Notes under the pieces: generated by a model | The model's database searches: none | What the model saw: only the letters and a program-made list of their open reading frames with translations | What the model was told of the DNA's origin: nothing | Shown here: piece by piece, positions 8,297 through 17,180 of the stretch | Layout: every line of letters starts with the position of its first letter | Position numbering within the stretch: the stretch's first letter is position 1 | DNA from: an uncultured Gemmatimonadales bacterium | GTDB taxonomy: Bacteria; Gemmatimonadota; Gemmatimonadetes; Gemmatimonadales; GWC2-71-9 | Reading direction: 5' to 3' | Assembly (NCBI GenBank): GCA_963748815.1 | Contig: CAVVKJ010000002.1 | Location: 1 to 41,589 of the forward strand | DNA: 41,589 bases | Position numbers and translations under genes: made by a program

Positions 8297-10980
8297 CTAC
8301 TTCGCCACCTTTGCCTTCAGTTCATCGAACCAATTCTCGACCACGATCATCGCCCCCGCCTGGTCCTGATCGCCGCCGACCAGCCGAGCCATGAGGAACC
8401 GGCCGTCGCGGGCGACGTCCCACGGCGTGTAATACAAGGCCTCGACGGCGAGCAACTCGTCGGGAACGCGGAAGAGCGTCACGGGGTCACTCAGTGCCAT
8501 CGTGGCGCCGGGAGCCACCCGGACCGCCATCATCTTCTTCTCGCTGCTCAGGTAGTAGAGCTCCCTCCCGTCGCGGGACCAGAGCGGAGCCAGCCCGCCC
8601 CCGCTCGACACCTGCCTCTTGGCGGCGTCCGTGTTCGGGAACGGGCGCACGAACACCTCGGTGCGACCGGTTTCGTCGGACTGATACGCCATCCACTTGC
8701 CGTCTGGAGAGAGTGCGACCGCTTCCTCGTCGAACTCCGTGACCAGCACGGGTTGGGGCGTCGTGTCCGCACCGAGGCGAAGTCCGGTGATATTGCGACC
8801 GCCGGCGACCGCGCCGACCGATCCCTGGCGGAGGACGAGCCGGCGGTTGTCCGGCGAGATCACCGCCTCGTCCACGACCCCCTCGTAGAGGAGGGAATCG
8901 GCTCCGGCGCCGTCCGCGCGGTGCACATACACTCCGCCCGGTTGCCGGGCCGCGATGAACAGGATGGATCGGCCGTCCGGGGTCCAGTGGGGTCGAAAAT
9001 CCGGCTGGGCGTCGAAGGACACCCGGTAGGGGGCTCCCCGCGGGAGTGGCTTGACCCAGATGTCGTCATTGGCGCCGGAGGAGACTCCGACGGCAAGCTT
9101 GGTCCCGTCGGGGGAAAGCGCCCACCCGTGGTTGTTCGCCAGGGCGGTCAGCTGGAACGTCCAGCTGGTATCGATCGGTGTCTCCCGCCCGGTCCGGTCC
9201 ACCCAGACCATCTCGAACGTCCGTCCGGTCACGCTGCCCTGGCCGCTCTCCATGATCAGCGTGCCGGCGGCCGAAATATTGAACAATTGCAGCCCGCCGG
9301 CGGTCGTGAGCTGTTCGCCGAGAGGGATGGGAGTCCCGGCGACCGTCAGGCGGCGGAGGTCGAAGGGGACGGCGAAGAGCCCGCCCCGGTCGCTGCTGTA
9401 GACGAGGTGCCCGGTCTTGACGAACGCCCCCGCGCTCGCCCCCCGCAGCAACATCCGGGCGCTGTCCGTCTTCAGGTCGAGGACCCAGAGTTGCGGCTCG
9501 TTGCATCCCGGGAGGCACGATTCGAATATCACGCCCCGGCCCCCGGGGAGCGGATTGGGCAGCAGCGAGATCATCGAGTCGACGCGCCACACCTGCGAGG
9601 GCACCCCGCCATCCTCGGGCACTCGCATCAGGGCATCGGCGCCTCTCGTGACATACACGATCGAACCGTCATCGAGCCAGGCAACGCCAAACACCCCGCC
9701 GACGTCATCGCTGATCAGGGGGACCGCCGTGCCGCCTTCCACCGGAATCTTCCGGAGTTGGCCGCTCGCGGCGAGCGCGATCCACTTGTTGTCGGGCGAG
9801 ATGGCGAAGGTCTGTGCCCCGACGGTGCCGGGAATGGGAACCGCGCTTTGGCTGTCGCGACGCTTCATCCAGAGCTGATCACCACTCGGCCCGGGGCCGA
9901 CGTAGATCAGGAACGAGCCGTCCGGAGCCGGCACGGGCGCCTGGGTACCGATGACCCTTCCCTGGGAAGGTGGAAGGGCGAGCCGGTAGCGGATGACTGG
10001 GGCCTCGGGCCTCGGCCGGAGCCAGCCCCACAAGCCCACGGCAAGCAGCAGGACGGTCAGCCCGGCCAGCGCCCCGAACGCGCGCCGCGATACGCCGTCC
10101 ACGCCGACTCTCGCCGCCGCCGTACTTCCCTCGGTGGTGTGGAACCCCGGGTTACCCAGCGCCTCGGCAAACGCCTTGGCGGTCTCGAACCGGTCGGCCG
10201 GCAGCTTCTCAAGGGACTTGGCCACGGCGTCCGCGACATTCTGCGGCACCGCCTTCCGCATCCTGGTGACCGGCTGCGGCTTCCTCGGTCACGATCTTCA
10301 TGATGATCTGCTGGGCGGAGGCGCCGACGTGCGGCGGGTTGCCGGTCAGCATCTCATAGAGCACGCTGCCGAGGGAGTAGATGTCGGACCGGGCGGAGAG
10401 TCTCCTTTTCGGCGGTGGCCTGCTCGGGGCTCATGTAGTGCGGCGTGCCGAGGCTCATCCCCGTCTCGGTCATCCGGCCGCCGGCGGCGGCGGAGAGCGC
10501 CAGCGCGATGCCGAAGTCGGCCACCATCGGGCGGCCGTCGTGGAGCAGGATGTTCTCGGGCTTGATGTCGCGGTGGATCACGCCGTGGTGGTGGGCGTAG
10601 TCCAGCGCGTCCGCGACTGCGGTCGTGATCTTCACCGCCTCGTCGATGCCGAGCTGGGTCTCGCGGTCGAGCTTGCTCCGCAGCGTCTCGCCGTCGATGA
10701 ACGGCATCACGTAGTAGAGGAAGCCGTCGGCGGTGCCCGAGTCGAAGAGGGGGAGGATGTGCGGATGCTGCAGACTGGCCGTCGTCTTGATCTCGACTAC
10801 GAACCGTTCGGCGCCGATGACGGCGGCGAGCTCGGGCTTCAGCACCTTGAGCGCGACCCTGCGGTCGTGCTTGAGATCCTCGGCGAGGTAGACCGTGGCC
10901 ATGCCGCCCTGGCCGAGCTCCCGCTCGATGCGGTAGCGGTCGGAGAGGGCGGCGGTCAGGCGGGGAAGGACATCAGCCAC
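8297..10980 (-). CDS. K4: membrane Ser/Thr kinase with beta-propeller sensor; frameshifts near 10400 and 10278
   Basis: Likely GTG start at 10980 (VADVLPRLTAALSDRY) with GGAG 7 nt upstream. Kinase in ORF 10354..11052; remainder in 8297..10261 (TM, LSPDGKWMAYQSDETGRTEVFVRPFP, ends NWFDELKAKVAK). Confidence 0.9.
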
Positions 10981-11002
10981 TGGCGCGCTCCCATGAATGG
11001 AT

Positions 11003-11053
11003 CTTTGCGGCTTCGCGCCTTCGCGTGAATCGCTTTCAGCGCAAAGCCGCAAA
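11003..11053. repeat. Element D: octamer-based inverted repeat upstream of K4
   Basis: ctttgcgg-cttcgcgc-cttcgcgt ... gcgcaaag-ccgcaaa; arms 11004..11018 and 11039..11053 are complementary at 14 of 15 positions. Confidence 0.7.
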
Positions 11054-11073
11054 AAGGCGTAAAGGTCACAAAG

Positions 11074-11114
11074 GGTAACTGCTTATGATACCGCGAGATA
11101 GAGAGGACGGCTAG
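11074..11114 (-). promoter_or_regulatory. Element C copy 2: conserved block with candidate -10 TATCAT upstream of K4
   Basis: Identical 17-mer tatgataccgcgagata (11084..11100 = 2653..2669) with the same flanking ggtaac and cggctag spacing. Confidence 0.55.
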
Positions 11115-12581
11115 AGGGAATCGGCCTGCGTGGCGCGGGTGGCCAAGTCCACCAGCGTCCAGTAGAACGGGGGATAGCCCTGCGACAGCGGCCGTCGAGT
11201 CCGCCGCCGCCCGCACCTCCGTCGCCAGCTCCCGCTGCCGCGTCATGAAGGTGTCGTGGCTGAGCGCCGACGAGGACGACATCCCCTCGGGAATCGGCCC
11301 GTGCCCGCCCAGGAGCACCCGCACCCGCTGTACCCCTTGGCGAGCCGCACCATCGGGAGCTTGTACCAGGGGTAGGTGAGTTCCACCCCCTGGTCCGCCC
11401 CCTCCAGCATCGCGTCGAGCACCGCGTTGTCGAGGTGGTCCTGCCTGAGCGCGCCGGGATCGCGCCACTCGGCCACCACCACCAGCTGCGGGTCGTACTC
11501 GAGGTCGGAGGGCTCCTGGGTCTCGAAGTGCTTCACGCCCAGTTCCGAGAGCCAGGTGCGGATGCCGAGTCGGGAAATGGTCGAGAGCCCCATCCAGAGG
11601 GTGACGCCCTCGTCCTTGTAGACGGTGGACGCCACCTCGGAGCAGAAGAGCCCCGACGGGTCGCCGTAGTCCATCGCGAAGTCGTAGGGGATGTGTTCCG
11701 ACGCGGGCCCGCGCCAGGATCTTGCCCGCCGCGCGGTGCGGCAGCATCGGGTCGGCCACGAGGGCGGGGAGGTCGGCGCGGGGCCGCAGCACCATCAGCC
11801 GGAGCTTCTTGTCCGCCAGGTACCCCTCGGCGGTAGTGACGGCGACGCCGACCTCGATGTGCGCCTCAATGACCGAGATCGCATTCGTCGCCGAGTCGAC
11901 GTACACCAGCCCGACATGCGAGAAGTTGCCGGGATAGTCGTTGCCGCGGGCGATGAGCGCGGAGGTGGGGTAGCCGCCGCGGGAGACCAGCATGTCCCCC
12001 GAGTGAATGCGGACCCCGTGCACCTCGGCGGAGGGTGTCGCCGACGATTCGTCGCGCCCCACGAGGAGGGGGAGCGAGCTGTCCGGATGCTGCAGCATTG
12101 CCTCCTCCACGGCGGCGCGGGTGCCGTAGAGCAGGCGATAGAGCCGCTGCCGGCTCGGCAGGTCGCTGGCGTCCCAGTGTTGCGACTGGTCCTTGATGAC
12201 CTCGCGGAGCCGGCCGGAGAGGGTGACGTACGCGCGCAGCCCGGCGGGGCAGGCGGCCACGACGGGGCCGAGGGCGAAGAAGGCGCCCTCAAGCGTCTCG
12301 AGCAGCGGATCGGATGGCGCGACATCGTTGACGGCGAGGGTGTCGAGCAACGCGCCCACCGCAGAGAGGCCGAGGGCCGTTTCCGCGGACGCGTCGACAC
12401 ATCCTGATGTGCGCACCGCCACAAACCGCGCCTCGAGTGCGCGCCAGAGCGAGTCCTGGTTCCACTCGAACGGCGCGGCGCCCGGCGGCGCGGGAGGTAC
12501 CGGTGCGCGGTGGGCTGGAAGGGAAAGGATGATGGCGCTGAGTGCGAGGCCGGCAGTGAGGCGGGCAAGCGGGGAAATCAA
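11111..12581 (-). CDS. Secreted permuted papain-like NlpC/P60 (YiiX/YebB-like, peptidase C92-type) protein; frameshifts near 11700, 11330 and 11185
   Basis: Hydrophobic N-terminus; SGDMLVSRG, FSHVGLV (His) and VIEA precede YDFAMDY..LFCSEV (Cys), the permuted His-before-Cys order; the true end reads GYPPFYWTLVDLATRATQADSL with TAG at 11111..11113. Confidence 0.8.
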
Positions 12582-12606
12582 ATCGCAATCCAGTCTATGA
12601 GATGTT

Positions 12607-12668
12607 CGTCATTCCGGCCCCCTCGTGTCGCTTTAGCGACATCAGCCGAGAGCCGGCTTTAGCCGGCG
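12607..12668. repeat. Truncated element A half (CGTCATTCCGGC) fused to element B double hairpin (12624..12668)
   Basis: cgtcattccggc, then cg-tgtcgc-ttta-gcgaca-tcagccgaga-gccggc-ttta-gccggc-g. Confidence 0.85.
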
Positions 12669-12683
12669 GCCCGAGATCCGGCC

Positions 12684-13547
12684 TTAGCCGCCGGTCCGAA
12701 TGGGCGCCCGCGCCGAGATCAGCGTGATGTTGTCGCTGCCGCCCCGCTCGAGCGTCAGGTCGAGCAGGCTTCGACAGAGCTGTTCCGACGATTCCATCCC
12801 CTGGATCTGTTGGGTGATCTCGGCATCGGTCACGTGTTTGGTCAGTCCGTCGGTGGCCAGGAGGATGACGCAACCGCGGGGAATCTCCACTCGACTGACG
12901 ACTGGCATCGCCTCGTCGCCTCCGATGGCACTCGACAGGACGTGACTGAGCGGCGAGCTGCTGACGCGGTCGGCCGGCAGGATGCCCTGGTCCGCCAGCC
13001 CCTGGGCGATGGTCTGGTCCCGGGTGATTTGAGTCAACTTCCCTTTCAAGTAGATGTAGCAGCGACTGTCCCCCACCTGTGTCACGTACATCCAGGGAAA
13101 GACGGCGACGGCGAGCGTGAGGGTGGTCGCCATCTTCGCGTCGGGGTCCAGCGCCTGCTTCTTGAGGACGGCGGCGTGGGCCTCGAGCGCTGCGGCAGCC
13201 AGCGCCTGGTGGAAGTCGGCGTCAGACGCGGCGCCGGCCGCGTGGTAGGAGCGCATGGAGGAGGCGACGTATTGCGTGACCGTGGCGAGCGCCAGCCGGC
13301 TCGCCTCGCCGCCCCCCGATCCGCTGCCGACGCCGTCGGCGACCAGCATGTAGGTGGCAATCCGCTCACCCCGGAGCGGCAGCGACTCCGGCTCGGGGAG
13401 GCTGGTGCCGTGCACTACCACCTGCGGGTGGACGGTGCAAAGCATGAAATGATCCTGGTTCTCCTTCCGAACCCGGCCGATGTGCGTCAGGCCGAACATG
13501 TCGAGCTCGGTGTCGGTCGGGCGCACCCACTGCGCGTCAGCTGGCAT
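12684..13547 (-). CDS. PP2C/PPM-family Ser/Thr protein phosphatase, 287 aa
   Basis: Motifs GRVRKENQD, VADGVG, VGDSRCY, LLATDGL, GGSDNIT. Confidence 0.93.
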   Translation of the reverse strand: MPADAQWVRPTDTELDMFGLTHIGRVRKENQDHFMLCTVHPQVVVHGTSLPEPESLPLRGERIATYMLVADGVGSGSGGGEASRLALATVTQYVASSMRSYHAAGAASDADFHQALAAAALEAHAAVLKKQALDPDAKMATTLTLAVAVFPWMYVTQVGDSRCYIYLKGKLTQITRDQTIAQGLADQGILPADRVSSSPLSHVLSSAIGGDEAMPVVSRVEIPRGCVILLATDGLTKHVTDAEITQQIQGMESSEQLCRSLLDLTLERGGSDNITLISARAPIRTGG

Positions 13548-13586
13548 GGATCAGCTCCCGTTCCAGTTCATCCCCGAACCTGTCCC

Positions 13587-15026
13587 TCAATCGATGCCGA
13601 CCCGGCCCTTGGTCGCCGCGATCAGCTTGGGCGAGTCATACCCGACGCCGTCCTTGAACACGGTCTCGACGTGCTGGATCACGGTCGGCGCCGTGCGAAG
13701 GTCGCCGGTAATGAGCACGAGGTCGGCCACCTTGCCGGGCTCGATCGAGCCGAAGTCCCTCTCCACGCCGAGGATCTTCGCCCCGTTGAGCGAGATGACC
13801 CGCACCGCCTGCTCGGGCGTGAACTTCCCCTCGATCAGCAACTCGTATCCCCGCTGGTCGCCGAGGCCTGGCAGGGCGCCGCCGTTGCCGGTCGGGTCCA
13901 CCCCGCTCCCCAGCACGCCCCCGGCGTCGAAAAACGCCTTGTCAAAGGCCAACGCCCGCTCGAACCCGCCGGGCGTGAGCGGCCAGTCGGGCGTGGTGTC
14001 GATCTGCTGCCGGTCGGCCAGGTAGGCGTCCCGGACCGCCGGCGCCATCAGGCTCAGGCTCCGCTCGTCGGTGACGGCGCGATTCTGGTAGAAGAGCTCG
14101 TATACCGCGGGGGTGGTGGTCATCGAGACGTTGTTGGCGATCATGTGCTGGATGAGCGACTTGGCGACCTCGCCGGTCGGGTCGATCGCCTTATCGAGTT
14201 GGACCAGCGAATTGGGCGGACACTTGTCCAGTTCCTTCGTGGCGATGAAGTCCGTGGCCGTCATCGCCCCGTGGGCGAGGTCGTCGATGTCCATGTCAAC
14301 GGCCTCGCGGAACGTCACGGAGCAGATGTGCCCCGTCGCCCGCATCCCCTTCTTGTGCCCCTCGTCAATCGCGGCGGCCATCGCCGCACGGCTGATGTTG
14401 GTGTAGAACTTGATCCAGGTGGCGCCCTCCTCCGCCCAATAGTCCACGAAGCGGCGCGCCTGCTCCGGGCTCTCGGCCACCGACATCGTCCCGCCGCCCC
14501 CCGGCCCGGTCAGGTACGGCGTGGTGACGAAGATCCGCGGCCCCGGGACGGCCCCGGCATCGATCCGACGCTTGAGGTTGATGTCGCCGTAGGGCGACTG
14601 GCTGCCGGTGGTCCGGATGGTGGTGACGCCGGACCCGAGGTAAAGCCGTGGCCCGGTGTAGCTCATCTGCGCGTCGTAGCCCCCGGCGGCCGAGTAATAC
14701 ATATGGTCGTGCATCCCGACAATGCCAGGGATGAGGGTCTTGCCGGTGCCGTCGATGATCGTAGCGTCAGTCGGCATCTTCACCGTCTTCGCCGCCCCCA
14801 CCGCCGCAATCCGCCCGTCCCGGATCAGGACCGTCTGTCCCGGCCTCGCCGCCGTCCCGGTCCCGTCGATGACGAGGACGTTCGTGATGGCCACGACCGG
14901 GCTGCTCACGGTGACATACTCCTGCACCGCCTTGCCGAGCGTCGGCCCCTGGGCGGCGGCGAGGGCGGGAAGGACGCCGATCAGCGCGGCGGCGAAAGTG
15001 GTCCGGACGAGGACGGATCGAATCAT
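13587..15026 (-). CDS. Secreted amidohydrolase-superfamily metal-dependent hydrolase, about 479 aa
   Basis: ATG at 15026 overlaps the oxidase stop (ATGA); signal peptide MIRSVLVRTT..ALAAAQ; TIIDGTGKTLIPG, HDH metal motif, IKFY, GH, AHG, GVD, GSIEPGKVADLV. Confidence 0.9.
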   Translation of the reverse strand: MIRSVLVRTTFAAALIGVLPALAAAQGPTLGKAVQEYVTVSSPVVAITNVLVIDGTGTAARPGQTVLIRDGRIAAVGAAKTVKMPTDATIIDGTGKTLIPGIVGMHDHMYYSAAGGYDAQMSYTGPRLYLGSGVTTIRTTGSQSPYGDINLKRRIDAGAVPGPRIFVTTPYLTGPGGGGTMSVAESPEQARRFVDYWAEEGATWIKFYTNISRAAMAAAIDEGHKKGMRATGHICSVTFREAVDMDIDDLAHGAMTATDFIATKELDKCPPNSLVQLDKAIDPTGEVAKSLIQHMIANNVSMTTTPAVYELFYQNRAVTDERSLSLMAPAVRDAYLADRQQIDTTPDWPLTPGGFERALAFDKAFFDAGGVLGSGVDPTGNGGALPGLGDQRGYELLIEGKFTPEQAVRVISLNGAKILGVERDFGSIEPGKVADLVLITGDLRTAPTVIQHVETVFKDGVGYDSPKLIAATKGRVGID

Positions 15027-17173
15027 GGCTGCTCCACGTTGACGGTCATCATCATGCCGGCCTGCAGGTGCTCCGCGATGTGGCAGTGGAGCATCCAGGG
15101 GCCGGGGTTCGACATCTCCACCAGAAGGTCCACCGCAGACCCCGCCGGCACAAGGACCGTGTCCTTCCAGGCCGGGTCGTCGTTGGGAACCCCGTTCACC
15201 GCCAGGATCAGGAACCGCTGGCCGTGGAGGTGGATCGGGTGCTGCATGGCGTGCAGGGTCTCCCGGACGTTGACCAGACGCAGCCGCACCCGGTCGCCCA
15301 CGTGAAACCGCCAGTCGATGTCGTGGTTCTCCCGGCCGGTGGCCCGGTCGCGCAGGGTCCACTGCGCCTGGGGGCCGATGGCGGCGAAGTTCATCCCCGG
15401 CATGGTGCCGGCCCACTCGACGGGGTTGTGGTAGAGGCTGTCCACCCGCATCAGCCGGCGGGTCACGTAGGGGAGGTCCGCGAAAGTGGCCCGGAGCTCG
15501 AGGATGTACTCGGGCGGCTGCCCCTGGTTGGCGCGGAGCAGCGGCCCGACCTCGGTGTCGACGACGGGGTCGGTCCGCAGGGCGGTGAAGGTCGACGCCA
15601 GGTCGGGCGCCGCCGCGGAGCCCACGGTCACGCTGCCGAGGGTGTCCACGATGGGGAAGAACCGGCCGTTCAGGTGATCCTGCCCCTGGACGGCGTTGAT
15701 CATGGCGACCGTCCCCGGCCGGTCGAATCGCACTTCCACGACATACCGCTCCGCCGGCCCGATGACCACGCTCTCGACCCAGGCCTGCCGCGCAAAGTTG
15801 CCGAGGTCAGAACCCACCATCTTGAGGCGGGTGCCCGGCCCGAACGAGAGGTTGAAGGTGCGGGTGTTGGAGACGTTGGTCAGGAAGAAGCGGACCACCT
15901 CGCCGCGCCTGACCGCCAGCTTCCAGGCCGGCTCGCCATTGACCAGGAGGATGTTGCCGAACCGGCCCATCAGCGCGTGGGTCGGCGCCTCCTCCCCCCA
16001 CGGTACCAGCCCATTCTCGCCGATCAGCAGGTCGTCCAGGATCAGGAACTCCTCCCGGTGCACCGGGCCGTACATGTCAGCGCGAGAGGGCTGGACGAAG
16101 ATGTTGCCGTAGAGGCCGAGGTCCTGCTGGATGTCCTCGCGGACATGGGGGTGATACCAGAAGATTCCGCCATCGGGGAAGACGAGTTGATAGGTGAACA
16201 CCTCTCCCGGCTGGACCGGCGGCTGCGTCAGGTCGGGCACGCCGTCAAAGCGGAAGTCGAGGCGGAGGCCGTGCCAGTGGACGGTGGAGGGCTGTGGAAG
16301 GTCGTTGTGGAACCGGACGGTCACGCGGGCACCCTGTGGCACGCGCAGCAGGGGGCCGGGGTACTGCCCGTTGAAGCCAAACATCGTGTAGGCGCGCCCG
16401 GCGAGCACCCGGTTCACCAGCCCGGCGGTGAGGTCGAGGGTGTCCCCGTCGGCGAGGGTGACCATCTCACGGGGGCGCGCGGCGGGGGCGTTCGGACTGG
16501 CGGGCGGGAGCCAGGGATGCACCGGGGGGCGGAGCCGCATCTCCGAGAGCAGCATGTCGAGCCCGGGATACATGGGGACGCCGGTCCAGCCGAGCGAGTC
16601 GGGCATGCTCTCCATGTGATGGGCGTGCTCGCTGGCGTCCCGCGGCACGCCGATGCCGCCGAGGAAGAACTCGTAGTTGTCGGCGGGGCGGAGCCGAGTG
16701 CCGGCCGATTCGCCGCGCAGGAGCAGTCGGCCCTGGCGCGTGGTGGCGTTGGTGTCGGGCTCCGCGGAGACATGCACCAGGAAGCGCTGCAGCGCGAAGG
16801 GGCCGAGTTCGGTGGTGCCCCGGCGGACCGTGCCGAGCCGGATCATCGGGTCGAGCGACTGGGGCATGACCCAGGCGACGTAGCCCGGGCCGGGGCCCGG
16901 GGGCAGGGGCGGGAGGCTGTCGAGGGTGAAGGTCAGCCGCCAGCGGTTGGTGCCGTCCTGCGCCACGTTGGCGGTGAATGGTCCCGGGATCCAGTCGAGC
17001 TGGGCGGTGCCGCTGGCGGTGGCGCCGAGCGCGGGGAAGAGGTGGATGCAGTAGAGGTCATGGCTGGGGCCGGGGTACCGCGGCGCGGGATCGCAGGGGC
17101 GCTGGGCCACAAGAATGGAGGGCCAGGCGAGGACGGCAATCAGGAGCAGGGATCGTCGAGTCCGATGATGCAT
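15023..17173 (-). CDS. Multicopper oxidase (CueO/laccase-like) with N-terminal extension, 716 aa
   Basis: All four Cu-binding motifs: HWH, WYHPH, HPIHLHG, HCHIAEHLQAGM; TRRSLL Tat-like signal. Confidence 0.93.
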   Translation of the reverse strand: MHHRTRRSLLLIAVLAWPSILVAQRPCDPAPRYPGPSHDLYCIHLFPALGATASGTAQLDWIPGPFTANVAQDGTNRWRLTFTLDSLPPLPPGPGPGYVAWVMPQSLDPMIRLGTVRRGTTELGPFALQRFLVHVSAEPDTNATTRQGRLLLRGESAGTRLRPADNYEFFLGGIGVPRDASEHAHHMESMPDSLGWTGVPMYPGLDMLLSEMRLRPPVHPWLPPASPNAPAARPREMVTLADGDTLDLTAGLVNRVLAGRAYTMFGFNGQYPGPLLRVPQGARVTVRFHNDLPQPSTVHWHGLRLDFRFDGVPDLTQPPVQPGEVFTYQLVFPDGGIFWYHPHVREDIQQDLGLYGNIFVQPSRADMYGPVHREEFLILDDLLIGENGLVPWGEEAPTHALMGRFGNILLVNGEPAWKLAVRRGEVVRFFLTNVSNTRTFNLSFGPGTRLKMVGSDLGNFARQAWVESVVIGPAERYVVEVRFDRPGTVAMINAVQGQDHLNGRFFPIVDTLGSVTVGSAAAPDLASTFTALRTDPVVDTEVGPLLRANQGQPPEYILELRATFADLPYVTRRLMRVDSLYHNPVEWAGTMPGMNFAAIGPQAQWTLRDRATGRENHDIDWRFHVGDRVRLRLVNVRETLHAMQHPIHLHGQRFLILAVNGVPNDDPAWKDTVLVPAGSAVDLLVEMSNPGPWMLHCHIAEHLQAGMMMTVNVEQP

Positions 17174-17180
17174 GTGCTGG

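Noticed and set aside
15027..15416. N-terminal extension of ORF 13587..15416
   Set aside because: Overlaps the oxidase Cu-binding C-terminus; the signal peptide begins at ATG 15026.
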